Below the pieces are notes generated by a model that saw only the letters and a program-made list of their open reading frames with translations, was not told the DNA's origin and made no database searches. Both the position numbers and the translations under genes were made by a program. From Clostridia bacterium (GTDB lineage Bacteria; Bacillota; Clostridia; Oscillospirales; CAG-272), in contig JAFXHU010000008.1 of assembly GCA_017533565.1 (NCBI GenBank), positions 5,924-69,923 of the forward strand: a DNA stretch of 64,000 bases. Reading direction: 5' to 3'. Shown here one piece after another: positions 23,058 to 30,664 of the stretch. Positions within the stretch are counted from its first letter, which is position 1. Each line of letters opens with the position of its first letter.

Positions 23058-25619
23058 ATGCTTTATTACATTGACAGCGCGGGCGTTGTTCAGGCGGCAA
23101 TACCCGACACCGTAACGCAGGGTGCGATAAACGTAAACGACATCGTTATTATCGCGCCCTTTCCCATTTCCACCGTCGTAACGGCGGCAATAACGCTTCC
23201 CAACGGTATGAAAATATATCCGAGGTATGTTGGATATGAGGAAATACAGGAAAGCGACTACGCTTATAAATTCGCGCCTGTAACAGCGTTTGAAGGGAAA
23301 ATCCCCGCCCCCGACGGCGTGACGGTGAACGTTTGGAAAATGACCCTTGACAGAGCTTTAGCTCAAAAGGCGGGAGCTTTGCGGTTGACCTTTCTATTTA
23401 CCGACGCATACGGTCACACCTTACCATCTACGGAGGTTACCCTGAACGTTGGTAGAGCTTCCCCATATCTTTCTCCTACTGTTACAGCGAACGACCTGAA
23501 CACAATACAGGCTTATTTAGCGGCGGCACAGGCGGCGGTGCTGTCGGCTGAAGCTGTTGCCGCATCCGTTGCGAAAACGTGGGACCTTGTTATAGGTCCC
23601 GATAACGCCGACCTTTTGGGAACGTTGTCGGAGAGCGCGGCGCGCAGCATACTTGTGTCCGGGGTTGACCTTGATTACGTAGCCCTCCCGACGAATAACA
23701 GCTTTAAAACTATTCAAGCAGGCGCAGGACTTCGTGAATTAGAGTTTCGCGGGTGTCGTTATAGCTCCGAAGGTGCGGAAATCATAATAATGGGCAACGC
23801 GGTTGCCAAAATTCACGGTGTGGACTTTCCCGCCGTTTACGAGATTTATAACTTTGCGAGCGTTGAAAACTGTAACGCCGGCATATTTAACGCGTGCGAG
23901 TTTATGTCGGGGTGCTTCGGAAACGTTGCCAGAGGATGCAAAACCATTACAGGCTCCGACATAGCAACCATCTACGATTGTACATACGTTGACCCTTTCA
24001 GTGTTAAGACAAATACAAGCTCTGTAAATAAGGTGGCGGTAGTAACAGCAGACGGTACTCCGCGATTTGCCGAATGTGCAAAGGCAATTGACGTCTCGGT
24101 AAACCAAGAAACCTACGTTCTTACAATTACCTTAAAAGGCTTGACCGACGGTGTAATGAGCACCGCGACCGTTGACCTTCCTATCGAGCAAATTGTTGTA
24201 AGCGGTACGGTGTCCGCCGACGGTGACGAGCTTATTCTGACCCTCAAAAACGGCGAGACAATAACCATTCCCGTCTCGGGTATAGTTTTGGGCCTTGTTG
24301 AACAAACAAGTGCGGCAAATCAAATTTACGGCACTGATGCAAGCGGAAATCAAACAACTATGCCTTACAATAAAGCGGCTTCTCCAAATAATGTTGTTCA
24401 GCGCACGTCGACGGGAAATATAAACCTCCCCGAAACGCAAGAAAACAGCTCGCAGGCGGTAAGAAAAAGCTATGTAGATAAGATAGGCGAGCGTGCGTAC
24501 TACGACCACGTTATAACCGACGAAGAAACGCTGCTTTCGTTAAATCAATTTACGGGCAGAATACTCGTTAAAGATGTTGTTTTAACACAAATCGCATTCG
24601 CCAACGGTACAATTTTAGAGGCGAACGCAAATGCCACTTTGATTGAATTTTCCAATTTAACACTGGGCGGCTTTTTAACGAATGCTGTCTTTACCGTAAA
24701 CGGGCATTCTAAATGCACTTTGAAAAATTTTTCTCTCAAGTATGCAAGTGCTCACTTTATTACCATAGATAGCTTCGGCATTGTTGAACATTGTGATACA
24801 AGTGGCTACGATAGCGGCTCGATAGTCAATTGCGGAGCAGTGCGCGATTGTAGAACGAGCTATATACGTAATTGTGAGTTCGTATCGGACTGTCATATGT
24901 ATGCGGATAATGACGCATACCTTACAAATTGTAAATACGTTTGCGGTATTTATCAAGAAGAGGGCAATCTCGGAGGCGGTATCACTGTTACTTGCAATAG
25001 CTGTCAATTCGTTTCCAATGTTAATGCAGAGGGCGTATATCGAGACTGTACCTACGTTGACCCGAACACGTGCAAGGGTTTCATTAAAGACGAGGACGAA
25101 GGCAAGGTACAAGTGCTGACAAAAGACGGTACTTTCCAGACCGCCGCCTTTCCCAACACTGGAAATTTCGTACAGAAAAACGAGTTTGACAACGTTGTAA
25201 CGCAAGTCGGCGCCATTGTCGATAATCACGAAAATCGTATTGCTACACTTGAAGATGGCAGTAGCTCTGGTGGCGGTTCTGGTGGTAAACTGTATGAACA
25301 TCGTGTAACGTTTAACCGCAGCACATACGACAGTGCAACGGGCAACACGAACGAGGGTTTTACGGGACACGTTCTTATTTATAACCGCAGCGCGGACCAT
25401 ATAAGTTCGTTATCGGACATAATGAATTATAAAGATTTTATTCATTATTCTTTTGTTTCCCTCGGCGATTATCCGCAAGATATAATCCCGTATTCAACTA
25501 ACATTACCGAAAGCCGTATTTCGATAATATGTTACAGACCTAGCACTAATAGCTTTAGCGTTGGCGTCTACGGCGACGAGGATAACGTTACATTTAGAGA
25601 CGTTGTAACGGAGGTATAA
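23058..25619 (+). CDS. Tail fibre / receptor-binding protein with two Cys-rich repeat modules
   Basis: RBS AAAGGAG. 853 aa. Has two paralogous modules, each ending in DCTYVDP (nt 23976-23996 and 25044-25064), and a GSSSGGGSGG linker before the C-terminal domain. Confidence 0.7.
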   Translation: MLYYIDSAGVVQAAIPDTVTQGAINVNDIVIIAPFPISTVVTAAITLPNGMKIYPRYVGYEEIQESDYAYKFAPVTAFEGKIPAPDGVTVNVWKMTLDRALAQKAGALRLTFLFTDAYGHTLPSTEVTLNVGRASPYLSPTVTANDLNTIQAYLAAAQAAVLSAEAVAASVAKTWDLVIGPDNADLLGTLSESAARSILVSGVDLDYVALPTNNSFKTIQAGAGLRELEFRGCRYSSEGAEIIIMGNAVAKIHGVDFPAVYEIYNFASVENCNAGIFNACEFMSGCFGNVARGCKTITGSDIATIYDCTYVDPFSVKTNTSSVNKVAVVTADGTPRFAECAKAIDVSVNQETYVLTITLKGLTDGVMSTATVDLPIEQIVVSGTVSADGDELILTLKNGETITIPVSGIVLGLVEQTSAANQIYGTDASGNQTTMPYNKAASPNNVVQRTSTGNINLPETQENSSQAVRKSYVDKIGERAYYDHVITDEETLLSLNQFTGRILVKDVVLTQIAFANGTILEANANATLIEFSNLTLGGFLTNAVFTVNGHSKCTLKNFSLKYASAHFITIDSFGIVEHCDTSGYDSGSIVNCGAVRDCRTSYIRNCEFVSDCHMYADNDAYLTNCKYVCGIYQEEGNLGGGITVTCNSCQFVSNVNAEGVYRDCTYVDPNTCKGFIKDEDEGKVQVLTKDGTFQTAAFPNTGNFVQKNEFDNVVTQVGAIVDNHENRIATLEDGSSSGGGSGGKLYEHRVTFNRSTYDSATGNTNEGFTGHVLIYNRSADHISSLSDIMNYKDFIHYSFVSLGDYPQDIIPYSTNITESRISIICYRPSTNSFSVGVYGDEDNVTFRDVVTEV

Positions 25620-25620
25620 A

Positions 25621-25824
25621 ATGACTAAACGCGAGATTAAATTTGAAAAATACAAGCGCATCAACGATTTAAAAGGCAAACTCCATAGCACCGACTACCA
25701 AGCAATCAAGTATGCAGAGGGCGAACTCACCGAAACTGAGTACACACCTATCCGTGAACAGCGTCGTTCGTGGAGAGCAGAAATTAACGCACTTGAAGCA
25801 GAAATCGAGGCTATGAAGCAATGA
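25621..25824 (+). CDS. Small coiled-coil protein downstream of the tail fibre
   Basis: KLHSTDYQAIKYAEGELTETEY...RRSWRAEINALEAEIE is a pattern I recall from small ORFs that follow fibre genes in Firmicutes phages. Confidence 0.55.
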   Translation: MTKREIKFEKYKRINDLKGKLHSTDYQAIKYAEGELTETEYTPIREQRRSWRAEINALEAEIEAMKQ

Positions 25825-25913
25825 AGAAAGTCATCATCACTATAATCGTTGCACTACTCGTTTTCGCTATGGGTTGGCTGAACGGTTGGAGTATGTGCAA
25901 GTGCTTTTTGTAA
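25821..25913 (+). CDS. Tiny single-TM protein (30 aa), not in the ORF track
   Basis: Read manually: ATG 25821 overlaps the upstream stop (ATGA). Sequence MKKVIITIIVALLVFAMGWLNGWSMCKCFL. Confidence 0.3.
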   Translation: MKKVIITIIVALLVFAMGWLNGWSMCKCFL

Positions 25914-25925
25914 GGAGGAATAACA

Positions 25926-26330
25926 ATGATTATAAAATTAAATTTAACGGCTAACGAATACGTAAGACACGGGGAGATAATCACGCTCCCCGCAGAAAGC
26001 GTTATTCTTGCTTTTTCAACACCCTATGCAATAGACGAATTGGTGTTGACGGTTACACCGCCCGCCTTTAACGGAGTAACCGAGCCGAAGCAAATCAAGG
26101 TTAAAGACGGGATTGCCGACGTGACCGAGTTTTTCAAGAGCGCGGGAACGGTAGATGTTACCGCAACCCTCACAATTCGCGGCGTTCCTGTTAAGATTTG
26201 GAAAATCGAGCCGTTTATTGTAAAGGAAGTAAGCGGTCAGTACGTCGCGATACCCGAGCTTGAATATTTAAAATCCGAGCTTGAGACCGTCAAGAAAGCC
26301 ATTGCGGAAATAGTAAAAAAAATATCTTAA
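25926..26330 (+). CDS. Hypothetical protein
   Basis: RBS AAGGAGG. Looks beta-rich with a C-terminal coiled segment. Confidence 0.55.
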   Translation: MIIKLNLTANEYVRHGEIITLPAESVILAFSTPYAIDELVLTVTPPAFNGVTEPKQIKVKDGIADVTEFFKSAGTVDVTATLTIRGVPVKIWKIEPFIVKEVSGQYVAIPELEYLKSELETVKKAIAEIVKKIS

Positions 26331-26345
26331 AGGAGCAATAAAAAA

Positions 26346-27062
26346 ATGAAAAAATTTCTTACAATTTTAATCGCGCTTATCATTAGCGCATCTTTTTTTG
26401 TTTTCCCCGTATTCGCGCAAGAGCCTACCGACGCACCCTCCGAAAGTGTAAGCGACGACGTTGTAACAGACACCACCGAAAGCATCACCCACCCCTCTGA
26501 AATTACGCCAGAAAGCGAGGAAAAGGCTTTTACCAAGGAATTGGTGGACGCGCTCACGAACGGAGCAAATTGGGCGAAATTCGGAGGCATACTTGCCGCT
26601 GTACTGGGTGCGCTTGCTGTGCTTTATAAATATACGTCCGGAATTAAAAATGTTATTAACGGCGTAAAGGACCTCGTGGCGGGAAAGGCGAGCAAAGAGG
26701 ACACAGAAAAGCTTTTAAAAAGCGAAAGCGAGAAAATACTTTCCGCTACTCTTTCCGCGCTGGAGGACACGAAAAAGAAGCAAGAGGAATTAACCGAAAA
26801 ATATAACGAGCAGACGGCTATTCTTACTCTTATCACCTTACAGCTCGTCAAATCCCCCTACGCTCGCACGGAGATAATGAATATCATAACGTCCGCAAAG
26901 GCTAAAGGCAAGGACGTAGCCGAAATCGTTGAGGTTATAGAGGCGGAAATAAAAGCTGCGGAGGAAGCGGAAGAAAAGATGCCGACCCCCGCGCTTGATA
27001 GCATCGTGGCAAGTGTCGATACCGAGGAAACGGACGGAGAGAACGGCGTAGCCCTCGGTTAA
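26346..27062 (+). CDS. Signal-peptide protein with acidic ectodomain, one TM and cytoplasmic coiled coil
   Basis: N-terminus MKKFLTILIALIISASFFVFPVFAQE. Internal TM FGGILAAVLGALAVLY. E/K-rich C-terminal half. Confidence 0.6.
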   Translation: MKKFLTILIALIISASFFVFPVFAQEPTDAPSESVSDDVVTDTTESITHPSEITPESEEKAFTKELVDALTNGANWAKFGGILAAVLGALAVLYKYTSGIKNVINGVKDLVAGKASKEDTEKLLKSESEKILSATLSALEDTKKKQEELTEKYNEQTAILTLITLQLVKSPYARTEIMNIITSAKAKGKDVAEIVEVIEAEIKAAEEAEEKMPTPALDSIVASVDTEETDGENGVALG

Positions 27063-27072
27063 GGAGGTATTT

Positions 27073-27474
27073 ATGGGAATGAAAATTTTATACATATCTC
27101 TTTACGTTCTCGGCTTTACTTTCGAGGCGACAATTCCCGTTATTATTCTCTCCTCGGTTGTGCCGTTTACAAAGGACAGTGCGGGAAAGGCGGTAACTTT
27201 TATCGGTATTCTTGCGGGGCTTTGGCTTTTGTATCAAGCCTATAAACGTTTAAAAAAACGCATCACTGAATGGAAGCGCGGCCTTGCCCGCGCTTCTGTT
27301 CTTGCGGCGTTTAAGCTTGTGCCAATTATCCTCATAACCGTTGTTTGTAAATGGATACCAACAGTTGTTGAATCGGCAGCTATATATTGGTATCGCGTAT
27401 TCCCTATAATGATTGTCGGCATTATATTAACCGTTATTGCCGAGGTTGTAGAAAGAGAGGCAAAGGGTGAATAA
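27073..27474 (+). CDS. Four-TM small membrane protein (holin-like by position only)
   Basis: RBS AGGAGG. 133 aa with four hydrophobic segments. Confidence 0.55.
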   Translation: MGMKILYISLYVLGFTFEATIPVIILSSVVPFTKDSAGKAVTFIGILAGLWLLYQAYKRLKKRITEWKRGLARASVLAAFKLVPIILITVVCKWIPTVVESAAIYWYRVFPIMIVGIILTVIAEVVEREAKGE

Positions 27475-28358
27475 TGAACGCTTTTGAAAATTACGATGCG
27501 GCAAGCACCGCGTTTGCAGAAAAGGTCAAAAAAGCGGTACTTGATTTCTTTCCGTATCTCTTAATGCTCGCCAACATTCTTTTTATGGTCCTCAATGCCT
27601 TGTTCAGCGTGTCCTTAAAAAATCCGTTTACTCCCGATAATATCTCCAAAACTTTAATGAATTGCGCCACCTCAACGTTGGCGTATGCTTGTTTTGTTGG
27701 ATATGGGGATAGGATTACTAAAAAGAATTCCCCAAACTTTCAACACAACTTGAAAATTTGGGGCGAAACCTCCGACCGCATCCGTCGCGGCAATTGCTTT
27801 GAAGCTTTTTTACAGTATTGCAAAACCGCGGTAGAGGAGGAGCGAAAAGAAAAGCGCATAGCACTTGTTGTGAACAATACCCGCGTATCTCTTTCGGATT
27901 ATACGGATATTTTTTCTAAAATGTCAAACGCCGATTTACATAAACAGGTTGCCAACGGTGTTATAACTCGCAGAGAGCTAAAATTCTTGCGTAAGGCAAA
28001 CGGAAATATAAAGGTTAGACCAATTAACCCGCTTTTGCTTTTGTGCGGCTCTCGCGCGGAAAATTTAAACGATGCAGGACGCGCGCAGGACGCATCGGCG
28101 GTAAGGAGCATCCTCGGCAGACCTCTTACTATTATTTTATCGTCTGTAATAGTTGAGTCGGTTTTTTGCGTATTTAGCGGCTGGTCAATGACTACGCTTT
28201 ACAATATGTGCGCTTATGCCTTCCTCATTTTTGTTTCCTCCTTCCTCGGCTACGAGAAGGGCGCGAGCAACGCGAGAAAAACCAACGAGGCGGTTCTCAA
28301 CCGTATTGTATTCCTTGAGCGTTTTGAAAAAAAGCACGCCGCAATGGAAAAAAACTAA
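27474..28358 (+). CDS. Membrane protein (2+2 TM with central soluble domain)
   Basis: Coupled to the upstream gene (TAATG). 294 aa. No catalytic motif recognised. Confidence 0.6.
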   Translation: MNAFENYDAASTAFAEKVKKAVLDFFPYLLMLANILFMVLNALFSVSLKNPFTPDNISKTLMNCATSTLAYACFVGYGDRITKKNSPNFQHNLKIWGETSDRIRRGNCFEAFLQYCKTAVEEERKEKRIALVVNNTRVSLSDYTDIFSKMSNADLHKQVANGVITRRELKFLRKANGNIKVRPINPLLLLCGSRAENLNDAGRAQDASAVRSILGRPLTIILSSVIVESVFCVFSGWSMTTLYNMCAYAFLIFVSSFLGYEKGASNARKTNEAVLNRIVFLERFEKKHAAMEKN

Positions 28359-28382
28359 AAAATATTTTTTGAAAAAATTTCA

Positions 28383-28411
28383 CCCCCTCGGCTTTGAGGG
28401 GGTCTTTTTTT
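28383..28411 (+). terminator. Intrinsic terminator ending the phage late operon
   Basis: CCCCCTC-GGCTTT-GAGGGGG followed by TCTTTTTTT. Confidence 0.8.
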
Positions 28412-28460
28412 ATGCTGTTTGAAAGCTCTTGATAACTCGGAGGAAATAAGCCGAAATAGT

Positions 28461-28482
28461 TTGACTACATTTTGACTACATT
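28461..28482. repeat. Tandem 11-bp repeat TTGACTACATT x2
   Basis: Copies at 28461-28471 and 28472-28482, read directly. Confidence 0.95.
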
Positions 28483-28484
28483 TT
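28467..28484. repeat. 18-bp repeat copy A: ACATTTTGACTACATTTT
   Basis: Identical to 29072-29089. Confidence 0.95.
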
Positions 28485-28492
28485 ATGTCCTG

Positions 28493-28519
28493 TAAACGGT
28501 GTTAAACGGTGGCAAACGG
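28493..28519. repeat. Three AAACGG boxes at 10-bp phasing (TAAACGGTGTTAAACGGTGGCAAACGG)
   Basis: AAACGG at 28494-28499, 28504-28509 and 28514-28519. Confidence 0.9.
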
Positions 28520-28534
28520 ATTGAAAAATAAAAC

Positions 28535-28585
28535 AAAAAAGCCTTGAAAACATTGAAAAATCAATAAAATCAAGGCTTTTTGTTT
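28535..28585. terminator. Bidirectional hairpin terminator (downstream of tRNA-Ser on the minus strand)
   Basis: GCCTTGA...ATTGA-AAAA-TCAAT...TCAAGGC, flanked by an A-run and a T-run. Confidence 0.65.
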
Positions 28586-28675
28586 TGGCGGAGACGGAGA
28601 GATTTGAACTCTCGCGCCGATTGCTCGACCTACACCCTTAGCAGGGGCGCCTCTTCACCACTTGAGTACGTCTCC
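28586..28675 (-). tRNA. tRNA-Ser (anticodon GCU), CCA encoded
   Basis: The reverse complement folds as follows: acceptor GGAGACG/CGTCTCC; anticodon stem CGCCC/GGGTG with loop CTGCTAA; long variable arm; T arm GAGAG-TTCAAAT-CTCTC; 3' GCCA. Confidence 0.85.
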
Positions 28676-28710
28676 GTTTGGTGAAGTCTTTTTTTGCGAC
28701 TTGCCATAGT

Positions 28711-28739
28711 ATTATAGCAAGTTTACGTGCCTTTGTCAA
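28711..28739 (-). promoter_or_regulatory. Consensus promoter for tRNA-Ser (TTGACA-N17-TATAAT on the minus strand)
   Basis: Reverse complement of 28734-28739 is TTGACA and of 28711-28716 is TATAAT. The tRNA 5' end is about 35 nt downstream. Confidence 0.6.
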
Positions 28740-28838
28740 GTGCTTTTTGAAAGTTTTGGTTAACAATTTTAAAAATAAGCAAAAAGCGTCCCGTTGCGGT
28801 GCGAAAACAGCGAAAAATTCGCCTCTTATAAATATATT

Positions 28839-29171
28839 TTATTTAACGTTTATTCGGTGTGCAACAATCTGTGGCGGGTAGCTTAACATCACCTGTCCGC
28901 TGTAATATATCTCAACAGTGTCGCCCGCGGAAATATCCGACCTCTTGATTTTTCTTCCGCCGCGCTCAAATACCGTATTTTCGTCGGTGATAACCCAATA
29001 CGGTCCAAAGGCATACTCGCTTTCAATCACCTCAACCTCAATTTTTTCACCCACCGCGGTGACGGTTGACAACATTTTGACTACATTTTCGCCGTTTTTC
29101 TTCTGACAGCCCGTGGTAAACATCACGGGTAAAGCCGCAGCTAAAATTATATATCCGATTACACGCTTCAT
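28839..29171 (-). CDS. Putative lipoprotein
   Basis: MKRVIGYIILAAALPVMFTTGC is a signal peptide with a lipobox. RBS AAAGGA. Codons ENVVKML contain the 18-bp repeat. Confidence 0.65.
   Translation of the reverse strand: MKRVIGYIILAAALPVMFTTGCQKKNGENVVKMLSTVTAVGEKIEVEVIESEYAFGPYWVITDENTVFERGGRKIKRSDISAGDTVEIYYSGQVMLSYPPQIVAHRINVK
29072..29089. repeat. 18-bp repeat copy B: ACATTTTGACTACATTTT
   Basis: Identical to 28467-28484. Lies inside the lipoprotein CDS. Confidence 0.95.
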
Positions 29172-29414
29172 TTGTATGCATCCTTTGAATTGCCGTATTT
29201 GTAAACTACTTTATTTAGATTTTATCATACGCGTATAAAAAATGCAAGTAAAAAAATGCAACCCCAAATCCGCGTTATTATAATACTCCGAATAAAGTGC
29301 CCGTGCCCTTGTTTTACTTGACAAATTTTTCTCTCGGTGTTATACTTAATACGGAAAAGCCTCAAAATAACGGCAAAGGTTTAGTGCCGATGCCGAAATA
29401 TAAAGGAAACGAAT

Positions 29415-30422
29415 ATGAAGATAACCGTACTCGGCGCGGGCACCTGGGGAACGGCACTTGCCGCGCTTTTGATTGAAAACGGACATTCGGTCACACTCTG
29501 GAGTGCCGTGAAAGACGAGCTTGAATTTATAGAGCAAACCAAAACGCATAAAAATCTTCCGGGCGCAACCGTTCCCGACGGTATAAAATACGAGGGGGAT
29601 ATTGCCTCCGCCGTTTGTGAATGTGAAATTTGCCTCCTGGCTGTTGCCTCGCAATATATGCGACAAACGATTTCGCTTGCCGCACCGCATCTTGCACGTG
29701 GGGTAATCCTCGTAAGCGCGGCAAAGGGAATAGAGGACGGCACTCTTTTAACTATGTCGGGAGTTATAAAGGACGCGATTTCGTTACACGCCCCCCACCT
29801 TATCTATACGGTAGCGGCACTTTCGGGTCCCACCCACGCGGAGGAGGTCGCAATAGGACAGCCAACCTCCATAGTATCCGCCTGCGAAAGCGAGGAGGTC
29901 GCAAGAATGGTTGCCTCCGCCTTTGCATCTGGATGTATGCGCGTATATACCAACACCGATATAGAGGGAGTTGAAATTGCGGGCGCGATGAAAAACATTA
30001 TCGCACTCGCCGCGGGAATGGCGCGAGGTATGGGCTTTGGCGATAATGCACAGGCGATGCTCATCACCCGCGGAATTGCCGAAATTACGCGAATGGGTCT
30101 TGCTATGGGCTGCAAGCGCCGCACCTTTATGGGTCTTGCGGGAATAGGCGACCTTATCGTGACCTGCACCTCGCGGCACAGCCGTAATAACCGCTGCGGC
30201 GAGCTTGTCGGCGGCGGTATGTCCTACTCGGAGGCAAGCGGTAAAATCGGAATGGTCGTGGAGGGGTATCACGCCCTTTGCGCCGCGGTAAAGCTTGCCG
30301 AAAAACACGGCGTGGAGCTTCCCATAACCGAGGCGGTGTATTCCGTCCTCATAAACGGCGTCACTACGCGAGAGGCAATGCACAATCTTATGACTCGCGA
30401 TATGAAAAGCGAGCTTGAGTAG
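29415..30422 (+). CDS. gpsA: NAD(P)H-dependent glycerol-3-phosphate dehydrogenase
   Basis: MKITVLGAGTWGTALA Rossmann N-terminus. 335 aa, with the overall GpsA pattern (...AKGIE..T...; ...SRNRR.G..LG.G...). Confidence 0.85.
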   Translation: MKITVLGAGTWGTALAALLIENGHSVTLWSAVKDELEFIEQTKTHKNLPGATVPDGIKYEGDIASAVCECEICLLAVASQYMRQTISLAAPHLARGVILVSAAKGIEDGTLLTMSGVIKDAISLHAPHLIYTVAALSGPTHAEEVAIGQPTSIVSACESEEVARMVASAFASGCMRVYTNTDIEGVEIAGAMKNIIALAAGMARGMGFGDNAQAMLITRGIAEITRMGLAMGCKRRTFMGLAGIGDLIVTCTSRHSRNNRCGELVGGGMSYSEASGKIGMVVEGYHALCAAVKLAEKHGVELPITEAVYSVLINGVTTREAMHNLMTRDMKSELE

Positions 30423-30464
30423 CACCCGTGTTAAATTATCGCGGTATTTTCAATTTAATATCCG

Positions 30465-30505
30465 ATGCCAAAATGTAATTATTTATTTACATTTTGGCAT
30501 TTTTG
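30465..30505 (+). terminator. Intrinsic terminator after gpsA
   Basis: 14-bp perfect stem ATGCCAAAATGTAA / TTACATTTTGGCAT followed by TTTT. Confidence 0.8.
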
Positions 30506-30664
30506 CTTTTGGTGGCTCATTTTGCCTTTGCCTTGATGATGGCGGAATTTTTAAAAGAAAAAATATTTTTCGCCTTTGATATTGAAATCGCATTTTATTT
30601 GTGGTAACATATATAATAGTTTATTTTGGGTGCGCCCGTGGCGGGCGCATAGACTGGAGGCTAT

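Larger units (their letters stand above)
1..28484. mobile_element. Prophage, partial (left end outside window)
   Basis: Uninterrupted + strand gene train in phage order: excisionase-like HTH, SSAP plus nuclease, C5-MTase, DUF1064, late regulator, terS, terL, portal, MuF-like, scaffold, capsid, tail, membrane cassette. It ends at a strong terminator (28383-28411), followed by short repeats and a tRNA-Ser gene. The right boundary is approximate and could extend to 29089 (see findings). Confidence 0.85.

Noticed and set aside
23058-25619. Possible diversity-generating retroelement target in the tail fibre, because of the internal duplication.
   Set aside because: There is no reverse transcriptase gene in the window. 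There is also no near-identical template/variable repeat pair at the nucleotide level; the two modules are diverged paralogues.
28678-28881. 67-aa + strand ORF between tRNA-Ser and the lipoprotein gene.
   Set aside because: It spans the tRNA promoter and the 3' end of the minus-strand lipoprotein gene, has no RBS, and translates poorly.
30601-30664. Hairpin GCGCCCG-TGG-CGGGCGC directly upstream of the ABC-exporter RBS, considered as a possible riboswitch or attenuator.
   Set aside because: It is a single short hairpin with no alternative pairing partner, leader peptide or known riboswitch core that I can see. That is insufficient evidence to call a regulatory RNA.
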